DNA of 64,000 bases from Vulcanimicrobiota bacterium (GCA_963812155.1 CAWETW010000003.1:352001-416000); one strand, 5' to 3'. Shown: positions 47,616-58,190, numbered from the stretch's first letter. Numbers and translations: made by a program. Notes: generated by a model not told the origin, from the sequence alone.

Positions 47616-48418
47616 GCGTTCTCCACGCTTGGAGGAATCGCGAATCCGTCGTCCCCGGTATTCGGAAGAATCGTCAGCACGGGTTTCGCGGCCGCGAACG
47701 CGACGGCGTCGTCGAGCGATTCGAACGGCGCGAGGCGCTCGAGGTGTTTGATCGTCGGATAGACGAGACGAAACGTTCCGGCGCGAAAACGCTCCAGTGC
47801 CGCGGCCGGCGCGAGCCACACGCCTTCGTGCGTCTCGATTGCGTCGGCTAGGCCCGCCTGGCCCGGTGGTGCGAGCGCAAAGAAGAAGTGCGTGTTGAAG
47901 CGGCGGTTCTCGTTGGGCGGCGTGATCCAGTGCGAGAAGAGCGTGAGCGCGCGGGCGTCGGCGAACCAGTCGCGCCGTTCCAGAAACGTCGCGAACGGCA
48001 GCATTCCGCTCGCAATCGCGGAGCGCGCATCGTGCACGTCGCTCGAAAGGATCTCCGCGACGGCGACCGCGTCGCCCGAACGCGTGCGCGCGAGCAGAAT
48101 GCCCGACTCTTCGAACAACTCGCGCAGTGCGGCGGCAAAGAGCGCGGCGGCCCTCGCGGGATCGACGGTCGCTTCCGTGCTCGGGAGTTCGTCGGGGATG
48201 CGCGCGCGAAACTGCGCCGCGACGCGTTCGGATTCCAGCCCGACCGTACGCGCGGCCGTCTGCGCCGAGAAGTCCTGCGGATCGAGCGCGCCGCCCGGAA
48301 AAACGAAGGCGCCGGCGGCGAATGCGCTGCGTCCGCTGCGCCGCGTCATGTACACCTCGAATCCGGGCGCCGCAGGTCGCGCCAGGATTACGGTCGCCGC
48401 CAATCGAGGAGCGTTCAC
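47609..48418 (-). CDS. Nudix hydrolase (NUDT19-like)
   Basis: AATVIL, VFPGGALD, ALRELFEESG, HWITP..RRFNTHFF, PTIKHL. Confidence 0.88.
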   Translation of the reverse strand: MNAPRLAATVILARPAAPGFEVYMTRRSGRSAFAAGAFVFPGGALDPQDFSAQTAARTVGLESERVAAQFRARIPDELPSTEATVDPARAAALFAAALRELFEESGILLARTRSGDAVAVAEILSSDVHDARSAIASGMLPFATFLERRDWFADARALTLFSHWITPPNENRRFNTHFFFALAPPGQAGLADAIETHEGVWLAPAAALERFRAGTFRLVYPTIKHLERLAPFESLDDAVAFAAAKPVLTILPNTGDDGFAIPPSVENAW

Positions 48419-48607
48419 GGTGCAAATACCAGTTGTCGTTCGGACGCACCGTCGCCTTTTGGCAGCGTATTTAATGAGTCTTAAGAACCAAGGACGCGTT
48501 ATTGAAGGCAATGGAACCGCCGCAGGGGGCGCTCGCACTGCCACCGTAGTCCGTGCCCTCGCGGCCGGACGGCGAATTTCAGCCGGCAAATTTTTGGAGG
48601 AACGCAG

Positions 48608-50995
48608 ATGGCGAATTCCAACCGCAAGGACGGCTCCTCGAAAAGCGTTCAGCGCGGCGTGCTCCCGATTCCGGACAAGCCCTACGCCGGCTTCGTCGCG
48701 TACGATGCGAAGGATCCCGATTCAAAGTTTCCGCCGATTGAGCCGCTGCGGCCGCCCGAACGTGCGCCCAACGTGCTCGTCGTGCTGATCGACGACGTCG
48801 GCTTCGGCGCGTCGAGCGTCTTCGGCGGCCCGTGTCAAGCGCCGACCGCGGAGCGAGTCGCGAAGGATGGGCTGCGCTACACGCGATTTCACACGACGGC
48901 CCTATGTTCGCCGACCCGCGCCGCATTGCTGACCGGACGCAACCATCACACGGTTGGGATGGGCGGCATCACCGAAATCGCAACGTCCGCTCCCGGCTAT
49001 AGTTCCGTGCGGCCGAACTCGATGGCGACGCTCCCTGAAATCCTTCGCCTCAACGGTTATTCGACCGCGCAGTTCGGAAAGTGCCACGAGGTTCCGGTGT
49101 GGGAAGCGAGTCCCGTCGGGCCGTTCGACCGCTGGCCGACCGGTTCGGGGTTCGAATACTTCTACGGGTTCGTCGCGGGTGAGACCAATCAGTGGTATCC
49201 ATCGATTCACGAGGGCACGAAAATCGTCGAGCCCTCGAAGACTCCGGAAGAAGGCTATCACTTTATGGCCGACATGACGGACAAAGCGATTGGGTGGGTG
49301 CGTCAGCAGCGATTGCTCGCCGGTGACAAACCCTTCTTCATGTACTTTGCGCCCGGAGCCACGCACGCACCGCACCACGTACCCAAAGAGTGGGCCGACA
49401 AGTACAAAGGCAAGTTCGACGAAGGCTGGGATAAGCTCCGCGAAGAGACCTTTGCGCGACAGAAAAAACTCGGCGTCGTTCCGGCGGACTGCGAGCTGAC
49501 GCCGCGACCGAAAGAGATACCGTCGTGGGATTCGCAAACGCCGCAGCTCCGGCGGGTGCTTGCGCGCCAAATGGAAGTCTATGCAGGCTTTTTTGAGTAC
49601 ACCGATCATCACATCGGCCGCCTGATTGATGCGCTCGAACAAATCGAAGCTCTTGACGATACCCTGATTTACTACATCATCGGCGATAACGGCGCTTCCG
49701 CCGAGGGTACGCCGCAAGGTACGTTCAACGAAGTCATTCCTTTCAACGGGGTGAGCGCGCTGGAAACGGTCGACTTCATGACGCAACACATGGACCGTCT
49801 GGGCGGCCCGGAGTCGTACAATCACTACGCGGTCGGTTGGGCGCACGCCATGGACACGCCGTACCAGTGGACCAAGCAGGTCGCGTCGCACTGGGGCGGT
49901 ACGCGAAACGGCACCATCGTACGCTGGCCGAAGGGCATCAAAGCGAAGGGTGAGGTACGCCATCAATTCCACCACGTCATCGATATCGCGCCGACGGTTC
50001 TGGAAGCCGCGCAACTGCCGGAACCATACATGGTCAACAGCGTCGCGCAGGCTCCCATGCAGGGCGTCAGCATGCTCTACAGCTTCGATGACGCGGCGGC
50101 GGCGGAGCGTCACGAGACCCAATACTTCGAAATGTTCGGCAATCGCGGAATCTATCATAAGGGTTGGACGGCGGTCACCCGGCATCGCACGCCCTGGATC
50201 CTGACGGGAGAGACGCCGCCGTTCGACGACGATGTTTGGGAGCTCTACAACACGAACGAGGATTGGTCGCAAGCACGCGACCTCTCGAAAGAAATGCCCG
50301 GCAAGTTGCACGAGCTGCAACGTCTTTGGATCATCGAGGCTACGCGAAACGGCGTGCTGCCGATGGACGACCGCGGAGCCGAGCGATTCAACTCGGACCT
50401 TGCAGGCCGGCCGGTGCTCGTACGCGGGACTTCGCAAGTGCTTGCCAACGGCATGGGTGGGCTCAATGAAAACGGCATCGTCAACGTCAAGAACAAGAGC
50501 CACTCCATCACCGCGCAGATCGTTGTGCCGGACGGAACCACGCCGCACGGAGTAATTCTCTCGCAAGGCGGCATCGCCGGCGGCTGGATGTTTTACGTCG
50601 AAGGCGGAAAGCCGGCGTACTACTACAACTTTTGCGGCCTGGTTAGAACCGATATCGTCGCCACGCAGACTATTCCGGCTGGAAAGCATCAGGTGCGGAT
50701 GGAGTTTGCCTACGACGGCGGCGGCCTCGCGAAGGGCGGCACCGTCACGTTCTATATCGACGGAAAGGTGGCAGGGAGCGGTCGCGTCGAGCAGACCGTT
50801 CCGATGATATTCTCGGGCGACGAAACGTCGGACGTCGGCCTGAAGCGCGGCTCTCCGATGAAGCCGGAGATGCCGACGGCCGAGAGTGCTTTCAATGGGA
50901 CGGTGGAGGTCGTGGTCATCGAAACCAGCGGCGAAAGCACCGACCACCTCTTGGATCGCGATCAGGTCCTCAATATGATCATGGCGCGACAGTAA
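48608..50995 (+). CDS. Arylsulfatase (Cys/formylglycine type) with C-terminal beta-sandwich
   Basis: PNVLVVLIDDVG, LCSPTRAALLTGRNHH, GKCH, HAPH, GDNG; GGAGG RBS. Confidence 0.93.
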   Translation: MANSNRKDGSSKSVQRGVLPIPDKPYAGFVAYDAKDPDSKFPPIEPLRPPERAPNVLVVLIDDVGFGASSVFGGPCQAPTAERVAKDGLRYTRFHTTALCSPTRAALLTGRNHHTVGMGGITEIATSAPGYSSVRPNSMATLPEILRLNGYSTAQFGKCHEVPVWEASPVGPFDRWPTGSGFEYFYGFVAGETNQWYPSIHEGTKIVEPSKTPEEGYHFMADMTDKAIGWVRQQRLLAGDKPFFMYFAPGATHAPHHVPKEWADKYKGKFDEGWDKLREETFARQKKLGVVPADCELTPRPKEIPSWDSQTPQLRRVLARQMEVYAGFFEYTDHHIGRLIDALEQIEALDDTLIYYIIGDNGASAEGTPQGTFNEVIPFNGVSALETVDFMTQHMDRLGGPESYNHYAVGWAHAMDTPYQWTKQVASHWGGTRNGTIVRWPKGIKAKGEVRHQFHHVIDIAPTVLEAAQLPEPYMVNSVAQAPMQGVSMLYSFDDAAAAERHETQYFEMFGNRGIYHKGWTAVTRHRTPWILTGETPPFDDDVWELYNTNEDWSQARDLSKEMPGKLHELQRLWIIEATRNGVLPMDDRGAERFNSDLAGRPVLVRGTSQVLANGMGGLNENGIVNVKNKSHSITAQIVVPDGTTPHGVILSQGGIAGGWMFYVEGGKPAYYYNFCGLVRTDIVATQTIPAGKHQVRMEFAYDGGGLAKGGTVTFYIDGKVAGSGRVEQTVPMIFSGDETSDVGLKRGSPMKPEMPTAESAFNGTVEVVVIETSGESTDHLLDRDQVLNMIMARQ

Positions 50996-51058
50996 TCGGC
51001 GACGCTCGGCCGGTCATCGTGGGCGTCGCCGCGACCCCATCGGAAACTCGGTAACGGT

Positions 51059-51502
51059 ATGCGAATTGCGCTTGGAAGCGATATGATTGGCAGCCTTCCA
51101 CACTCGATCGAGGCGTGGCTGCGCGCGCACGGGCACGACGTCGAACGGTACGGCGCGCTCGTCTCCGGCGCGACGCCCGAGGCGCAAGCATGGACCTCGG
51201 TTGGAGGCGCAGTCGGCGAAGCGGTGGCTCGCGGTGCGGCCGATTACGGTGTGCTCTGCTGCTGGACGGGCACCGGCGTAAGCATCGCAGCCAACAAAGT
51301 GCCGGGCGTCCGAGCGGCGCTTTGCGCCGATCCGCAGACTGCGGCGGGCGCGCGCGAGTGGAACGACGCCAACGTACTCTGCCTGAGCCTGCGCTCGGTT
51401 TCCGGGCCGATGGCCGAGGAGATACTCGATGCCTGGTTTGAGGCGGCGCCGACGTCGCGGCCCGAGTACCGCGCGATGATCGACGAGCTGCGAGGGCGGT
51501 AG
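51059..51502 (+). CDS. RpiB/LacA/LacB family sugar-phosphate isomerase
   Basis: MRIALGSD, CWTGTGVSIAANKVPGVRAALC, WNDANVL. Confidence 0.9.
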   Translation: MRIALGSDMIGSLPHSIEAWLRAHGHDVERYGALVSGATPEAQAWTSVGGAVGEAVARGAADYGVLCCWTGTGVSIAANKVPGVRAALCADPQTAAGAREWNDANVLCLSLRSVSGPMAEEILDAWFEAAPTSRPEYRAMIDELRGR

Positions 51503-51584
51503 GCAATCCAAGGCGCCGCTGGGCGCGTTATGCCAGCGAATTGCTCTTCTTCGCTCGCATTCGAGAAAGGCTCAGTCTGAAATC

Positions 51585-52214
51585 ATGAAATCTCGTTGGA
51601 TGGCAACGCTCGGCGTGGCCGCGCTCTTGGCCGCGGCGCTGCCCGTAGCGGCAGCGGAAATGTGGATGCCGAACGTGACCGACTCGCCGTCGCGCTTCTC
51701 GGGACCCGGAGTCTACACCGGAAAGCCGGCGCTTCCCGTAACGCTCTCGATGGTGATCGCCGGAGGCGGTCCCCAGCACTTCGCCACGCTCACCCTCGTG
51801 AAGGTGCTCGCCGGCGACAAGACCGACGCCGAAGTCGCCGCGCTCAAGCAGAAATTCGGCGACGCGAAAGTCACGAACTTCGTCACGATCTTCCCGTTCG
51901 TCGTGAGCGACTCGCTGAGAATCGCTAAGGAGAAAGGCGTCGCGCTGCCCTCGGCCCCGAATCCGGATCCGAAAAACGGTGAGGCGCTCGCCGGCGCGCT
52001 TTGGGCGGCCGGGCAAACCGGGCACGGCTACAACGTCGAGGTGATGCTCGACCGCGCCGTTTCGCATCCGATTCACATGCAAGTGATGACGGACATCGAT
52101 GCAAAGTACGGCATCGCCGCGGATGCCGACTACCACGCCGTGCTCAATCAAGCCATGCACGATCTGGCAACGGTCTATCATTTCAACTCGATGGGCCAAC
52201 CCCAATCGATGTAA
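51585..52214 (+). CDS. Secreted hypothetical protein
   Basis: Signal peptide; His-containing helical C-terminus. Confidence 0.75.
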   Translation: MKSRWMATLGVAALLAAALPVAAAEMWMPNVTDSPSRFSGPGVYTGKPALPVTLSMVIAGGGPQHFATLTLVKVLAGDKTDAEVAALKQKFGDAKVTNFVTIFPFVVSDSLRIAKEKGVALPSAPNPDPKNGEALAGALWAAGQTGHGYNVEVMLDRAVSHPIHMQVMTDIDAKYGIAADADYHAVLNQAMHDLATVYHFNSMGQPQSM

Positions 52215-52233
52215 TGCCACGTATGGTGTAACG

Positions 52234-52430
52234 CCGCGCATTCGCTTCGCAGCGTTAGCGTGAGGGCCGTAGGCCGGGGGCCCCAGCGGCTGGGGGCCGA
52301 GCGGCCGTAAGACAGGAGGGTGGCGCAATCGCGTCACCCTCTTTTCTGCCGTTCGAGCCGGCCGCAGACTCACGCTGCGTTCGGCTACTCCACCTCCGAC
52401 GGCAGGGTCAATGCGCAACTCCGCCCGGAG
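52234..52430. ncRNA. Putative structured non-coding RNA or palindromic element, family unknown
   Basis: Nested helices 52236-42/52410-16, 52257-64/52369-76, 52301-07/52359-65, 52310-26/52331-47, plus side hairpins; lies between convergent genes. Confidence 0.55.
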
Positions 52431-52447
52431 AAGGCGATTCTACCGGA

Positions 52448-52837
52448 TTACGTGCTCGAAAACAATACGCCCGCGCTCAAAAGCCACCCGTAAATTGCGG
52501 CCAACGCCCAGTTCACGATGTGGCCCGTCCAGCAATACGCGCAAGGTCGCCTCGTTACGAAGAGGAGCGAGTATGCGAGCACGGCCGACGTGAGCGCCGC
52601 AAACGCGATTGCGGCCCCCAGCGCCGCGGCCGTCAACGGCGTTCGAACGAGCCACACCGCGATCGCCACAACGGGGTAGTAGGCTGCGCCGAGCAGTGCG
52701 TTGGAGGCTCCTCCGTAGAGCCGCGCCCGCGGCGTCTGGACGACGCTCTCCTCCGTCAGCTCGCCGCGCTCGGCGCGGCGGGTCTTCGCCAGCATGAAAA
52801 GCGCGGCGTAGAGACCAACACCGCACAGCAACGTCAT
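52448..52837 (-). CDS. VKOR family membrane protein
   Basis: VVQTPRARLYGGASNALLG..YY; TM helices; CAYCWTGH active site. Confidence 0.75.
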   Translation of the reverse strand: MTLLCGVGLYAALFMLAKTRRAERGELTEESVVQTPRARLYGGASNALLGAAYYPVVAIAVWLVRTPLTAAALGAAIAFAALTSAVLAYSLLFVTRRPCAYCWTGHIVNWALAAIYGWLLSAGVLFSST

Positions 52838-52855
52838 GATAGCCTTTGGCACCGC

Positions 52856-53518
52856 TTGACTCGATTCTTTCGGCGTAGCGCCGGGCTGGGGATATTGCTG
52901 GCCTCCTTTGCGCTGGCCTACTTCGTCATCCGCTATCAGCCGCAGGTCGAGCACGAGATCCGCAGCATCGGCCTGCTCGCCTACCCGCTGGCAATAGCCG
53001 TCTTCGCGCTCGTGGCTTCGGCGCCGTTCTCCGTGACCGATGCGCTGGCCGTCATGAACGGCGCCATCTTCGGACCCGTGCACGGCACCATCGTGGATAC
53101 GATCGGCCTGGTGCTCGCCGCGATGATCGGCTACTGGGTGAACGTGCGCGCCTCCGCGCTGCTCGATCTGAACGACTATCTGCAGCGCCTGCCGCCGTGG
53201 GTCAAGCGTTTCCCGGTGGGCTCGCCCGCCTTCCTGATCGCGGTCCGCGTCATACCCGGGTTCGGTGGAACCGTAGCGACGGCGACCGCCGCCACCTTCA
53301 AAGTCCCGTTGTGGGTGCACGTCTGGACGATGTGCGCGATTGCGGTACCGATCTGCACGGTGTTGACGATTTTCGGGGATCGCGTCACCGTTTTCGTGCA
53401 CGGCGTCACCAAGCGCTACGAATATCGCTTCCATCACTACTGCCAGACGCACCGCTGTCCGCACTTCCGCTTCCGAGTACACGAAAGCCCGCCGCCGGCG
53501 GTGCGGCCCTCGCCGTGA
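52856..53518 (+). CDS. VTT/TVP38 (DedA-like) membrane protein
   Basis: Hydrophobic; NGAIFGPVHG, AVRVIPGFG; start approximate. Confidence 0.75.
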   Translation: MTRFFRRSAGLGILLASFALAYFVIRYQPQVEHEIRSIGLLAYPLAIAVFALVASAPFSVTDALAVMNGAIFGPVHGTIVDTIGLVLAAMIGYWVNVRASALLDLNDYLQRLPPWVKRFPVGSPAFLIAVRVIPGFGGTVATATAATFKVPLWVHVWTMCAIAVPICTVLTIFGDRVTVFVHGVTKRYEYRFHHYCQTHRCPHFRFRVHESPPPAVRPSP

Positions 53519-54709
53519 ACGCGCCGCTCATCGTCGCCGACGCCGGCTCGTTCGAGCGACTCTGCGCGCGCGTCGAAACCGAACGGCGCATCGCGCTCGA
53601 CACGGAGTTTCATACCGAACGCAGTTACGCGCCGAGATTGATGGTCGTGCAGCTCGCCTTCGACGACGGCACGGCTATCGTCGATCCGCTTGGCGATCGC
53701 CGATCTGCGTCCGCTGGTCGCCCGCCTCGTCGAAAAAACGATCGTCGGACACGCCCTCTCGTCGGATCTCAAGATTTTCGCCGATCGCTTCGAGATGGTG
53801 CCGGCGAACGTCTTCGACACGCAAGTCGCGGCGGCGTTTCTCGGTTACGGCATGCAGATTTCGCTCGCGGATTTGGTGCGCGACGTGCAGCACGTCCGTT
53901 TGGCGAAATCGCAAACGGTGAGCGACTGGTCGGCGCGTCCGTTCACGCCTAAGCAACTCGAATATCTCGTCGACGACGTCGCGCATCTGCTGCCGATGTA
54001 CGACGCGCTGCGCGAACGGTTGGAGCATATGGGGCGGTACGAGTGGGCGCTCGAGGAGTGCGTCGAGCTGGGTGAAATCGCGCGCTACCGTAACGACGAG
54101 CAGCGCGCGTACCTGCGAATTCCCGGCGCGATGCGAATGAACCGGCGCGAACTCGGCATCCTCAACGAACTCGTGAAGCTGCGCGATCGCATCGCGCGCG
54201 AGCGCGACATTCCGCTCAAGTACGTGATGCCCGACGACGTCGTCAGGCGGCCTGGCGACGCTGCGGCCCAAACGCATCGACGATCTCGCGCAGCTGCGCC
54301 GGCTCGACGCGGGCGCGCGCCGCCAGCTGGGCCCCGCAATTCTGGAAGCCGTGGCGCGCGGCGAAGCCCTCGACGAACGCGTCCTCCCGGAAAGGCCGAA
54401 GCGGCCCCTCGGGTGCGTCGCGCGATACGCTGGCAGCGCTGCTGGGCGTGGTTGTCGGCGAGATCGCCCGCGAGACGGGACTACCGCCCAACCTGCTCGT
54501 GCCGCGTGCCGCGCTCGAACGCGTCGCACGCGAAGTGCCGCGCGATCGCGAACGCTTCGAAGAACTGCTCGCATTGCGTCCGTGGCGTCTCGATCTCGTG
54601 GCCGATCCGTTGTGGCGACTGCTCTCGGGCGAGGCCGGCCTCGACGATCGAAGGCTACGCGGACGGGAACCCGAAAATACGATTTTCCCATGACCTCGCA
54701 CGCGAATAG
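53515..54709 (+). CDS. rnd: Ribonuclease D with HRDC domain (about 4 frameshifts)
   Basis: IALDTEFHTERSY, FDTQVAAAFLG, SDWSARP, RDRIARERDIP. Confidence 0.85.
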
Positions 54710-57442
54710 CTTCAACGCGATCGATACGCTTCGCGTCGGCGATCGCGACTACACGTACTTTCGACTCGACGCGCTCGAACGCGCCGGCCTCGCGAAGCTC
54801 GCGCGACTGCCGTTTTCGCTGAAGATTCTGCTCGAAAATTTGCTGCGCTTCGAAGACGGACGTTCGGTTACCGAAGCGCGACGTCGAAGCGCTCGCGCGA
54901 TGGTCGCCCACGGCTCGACACGAGAAGGAGATCGCGTTCCGGCCCGCGCGCGTGCTGCTGCAAGATTTCACCGGCGTTCCGTGCGTCGTCGATCTTGGCG
55001 GCGATGCGCGACGCGATGGCCGAGATGGGCGGCGATCCCACGGCGATCAATCCGCTGCAGCCGGTCGAACTGGTCATCGATCACTCGGTGCAGGTCGACT
55101 ACTTCGGCTCGGACGCCGCGCTGGCGAAGAATGCCGATCTCGAGTTCGAGCGCAACCGCGAGCGCTATGCGTTCCTGAAGTGGGGACAGTCGGCGCTGCG
55201 CGGCTTCCGCGCGGTTCCGCCCGACACCGGCATCGTGCATCAGGTCAACATCGAGTATCTCGCGCGCGTCGTCTTCGGCGTGGCGACGCGATGCGTCGCG
55301 AGACGTCCGCGTCGCCTATCCCGACACCGCGGTCGGCACCGATTCGCACACGACGATGGTCAACGGGCTCGGCGTGCTCGCGTGGGGCGTCGGCGGTATC
55401 GAAGCCGAAGCCGCGATGCTCGGTCAGCCGGTGACGATGCTCATTCCCGAAGTCGTCGGCGTCCGGCTCGACGGCGAGTTGCGCGAGGGCGTCACGGCGA
55501 CCGATCTCGTGCTGACGATCACGCGAGATGCTGCGCACGCAGGGCGTCGTCGGAAAGTTCGTCGAGTTCTTCGGCAAGCGGTCTCTCCGCGCTGCCCGTC
55601 GCCGATCGCACGACGATCGGCAACATGTCGCCGGAGTTCGGTTCGACCGTCGCGATCTTTCCGATCGACGATCGCACGCTCGAGTATCTGCGCCTCACGG
55701 GACGGGCGCCCGCGCACATCGCGCTCGTCGAAGCGTATGCGAAGGCGCAAGGGCTGTTTCGCACCGACGCGACGCCCGATCCTGAGTTCACCGACGGTGC
55801 TACACCTCGATCTCTCGACCGTCGAACCGAGCCTCGCCGGGCCGCGCCGTCCGCAGGACCGCGTCGCGCTCGCCGACGTCAAGCGCACGTTCGGCGTTGC
55901 GATGGAAGAGTGGATCGCGCAGCGCAGCGGTGCAAACAATGCGATCGCGCGCTTTCAGGACGAAGGCGGCGGCGGAACCGCGACGATCGCGCAGACGGCG
56001 ACCGACGTCTCGCGACGGCGCGGTCGTCATTGCGGCGATCACGAGCTGCACGAACACGTCGAATCCGTCGGTGCTCGTCGGCGCCGGATTGCTCGCGCGC
56101 AACGCGCTTCGGCGCGGACTGAAGACGCAGCCGTGGGTGAAGACGTCGCTTGCGCCGGGTTCGAAAGTCGTGACCGATTATCTTGGCAAAGGCGGGTCTG
56201 CAAGAGTACCTCGACGCGCTCGGCTTCAACCTCGTCGGATACGGCTGCACGACGTGCATCGGAAACTCCGGACCGCTGCCGCCCGACGTCGCGGAAACCG
56301 TCGCCGATCAGCGACCTCGATCGTCGCGGCGGTGCTCTCCGGCAATCGCAACTTCGAAGGGCGCATCCATCCGCAGGTGCGCGCGAACTATCTCGCGTCG
56401 CCGCCGCTGGTCGTCGCCTACGCGCTGACCGGTCGCATGGACGTCGATCTCACCACCGAGCCGCTCGGCCGCGGCAGCGACGGCAAGCCGGTCTACCTCA
56501 AGGACATCTGGCCGAGCGACGACGAGATCGACGAGGTGATGGCGCGCTGCGTCAACGACGAGATGTTCAAAGCGCGCTACTCCGACGTCTTCCGCGGCGA
56601 CGACAACTGGGCGAAGCTCACGGTGCCGACGAGCGAGCGTTACGCGTGGGATCCCGCAGTCGGAGTACGTCAAGAAGCCGCCGTACTTCGACGGGCATGC
56701 CCGCGCAGCCGGTGCCGCCGCTCGACATCGCCGGCGCGCGCGCGCTCGCCGTGCTCGGCGATTCGGTGACGACCGATCACATCTCGCCGGCCGGCAACAT
56801 CGCGCGCAACAGCCCCGCCGGCGAAGTACTCTGATGGAACACGGCATCGAGCCGAAGGATTTCAACTCGTACGGCTCGCGGCGCGGCAATCACGAGGTGA
56901 TGGTGCGCGGCACGTTCGCCAACGTGCGGCTGCGCAACCATCTCGTTCCCGGCGTCGAAGGCGGCGTCACGCGGCATTTGCCGACCGGCGAAGCAGATGT
57001 CGATCTTCGATGCTGCGATGAAATATCGCGACGAGGGCACGCCGCTGATCGTGCTTGCCGGCCGGGAGTACGGTTCGGGGTCGTCGCGCGACTGGGCGGC
57101 CAAGGGGCCGTATCTGCTCGGGATCAAGGCCGTGATCGCGGAGTCGTTCGAGCGCATTCACCGCAGCAATCTCATCGGCATGGGCATGCTGCCGCTCGAG
57201 TACATCGACGGCACACGCATCAGTCGACGTACGGCCTCACCGGCGAAGAAATCTTCGACGTCACCGGGATCGCCGCCGGCATCACGCCGCGCATGCGCGC
57301 AACGGTCAAAGCCACCGACGCCGCAACCGGCAGGTCGATCGAGTTCAAGGTTCGCGTCCGCATCGACACGCCCGACGAAGCCGAATACTACCGCCACGGC
57401 GGCATCTTGCAGTACGTCCTGCGCCAACTCATGGTGTCATAG
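54690..57442 (+). CDS. acnA: Aconitate hydratase A (more than ten apparent frameshifts)
   Basis: [76 protein letters not shown]. Confidence 0.95.
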
Positions 57443-57547
57443 CACGCTTTGGGTATTATCGTGAGCGTCGTTTAGGTGTCATCCTGAGCAACCTTTGGGT
57501 GTCATCCTGAGCGGAGCATCGCGAAGCGATGCGCAGTCGAAGGACGG
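57434..57547 (+). repeat. Palindromic element copy 2, preceded by degenerate tandem copies of its 5' end
   Basis: Units start at 57434, 57453, 57476 and 57499 (19/23/23 bp); the last is complete: GTCATCCTGAGCGGA-GCATCGC-GAA-GCGATGC-GCAGTCGAAGGAC. Confidence 0.85.
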
Positions 57548-57554
57548 GCGTGAA

Positions 57555-58190
57555 ATGAACGGCGACGAGCGTACGCTCCATCGGCTCGAAGCGTTCTCCG
57601 ACATCGTCATCGGATTTTGCATCGCCGAGATGGGCCTCAACCTGGTCGTGCCGAAAACGGCCGCGCAACTGCCGTCAATCGTCATCGGAACCGACGGTTT
57701 CGTTACCTCATTCGTTCTCATCGCGATCGTCTGGTGGATCCACCATCGGCTCTTCAAAAGCATATTCGTGCTCAATACCGCAATGGTGATCGTGAACTTC
57801 GCGATGCTGGGTGCGCTGGTGTTGATGGTGTACTTCCAGCAGATCTGCGTGCACCTGATCGCGATTGGCGACGACGTAACCGTCGCGGTGCAGCTCTGGC
57901 TCGTCAGTTACAGCGTGGTCTATGCGCTCGTTGCCGTCATGCTGTGGTACGGCCTGCGGGTCCGATGGCGGATGCTCTCCGAGGATGATTTGCGCTGGGC
58001 GTTCGGCCGCGCCGCCTTAGTCTCGCTCGGATCGCTCATCTTCATCGCCTACGCGCTCATCTTTAAGTATCGAGTCCACTCGAGCGAACTCTTCCTCATA
58101 CTGGCCGTCGTGATAGTGGCGGCACGCTTTGCCGTCAACGGCGTCGTCTCGCGCGTTATCAGCCGCCGCGCGCCGGCTGTGCCAAGCTAA
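57555..58190 (+). CDS. TMEM175 (DUF1211) family membrane protein, K+ channel-like
   Basis: RLEAFSD motif, SFVLIAIVWWIHH, six TM helices. Confidence 0.85.
   Translation: MNGDERTLHRLEAFSDIVIGFCIAEMGLNLVVPKTAAQLPSIVIGTDGFVTSFVLIAIVWWIHHRLFKSIFVLNTAMVIVNFAMLGALVLMVYFQQICVHLIAIGDDVTVAVQLWLVSYSVVYALVAVMLWYGLRVRWRMLSEDDLRWAFGRAALVSLGSLIFIAYALIFKYRVHSSELFLILAVVIVAARFAVNGVVSRVISRRAPAVPS

Noticed and set aside
46701..48418. Nudix plus MBL hydrolase pair as a new system
   Set aside because: Widespread, known pairing that is often fused
48902..50947. Long antisense ORFs (681 aa here; also 4733-6370, 22600-23970, 40151-41440)
   Set aside because: Shadow frames expected from high-GC codon bias opposite real genes; no motifs
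52292..52395. tmRNA or tRNA (GGGGGCCGA start, TTCGAG loop, TCCACC)
   Set aside because: Too short, T-arm and acceptor strands overlap, no CCA end in register and no tag reading frame
52314..52494. Type I toxin ORF behind AGGAGG in the hairpin
   Set aside because: No spacing between the SD-like sequence and GTG, and the peptide is not hydrophobic
54690..57442. Programmed frameshifting or true pseudogene in acnA, rnd and aceEF
   Set aside because: Too many scattered single-base indels with intact motifs and no slippery-site pattern; sequencing error is simpler
57434..57547. CRISPR mini-array
   Set aside because: Period is only 19-23 bp with no real spacers, no cas genes are present, and the unit is the end of a dispersed palindromic element
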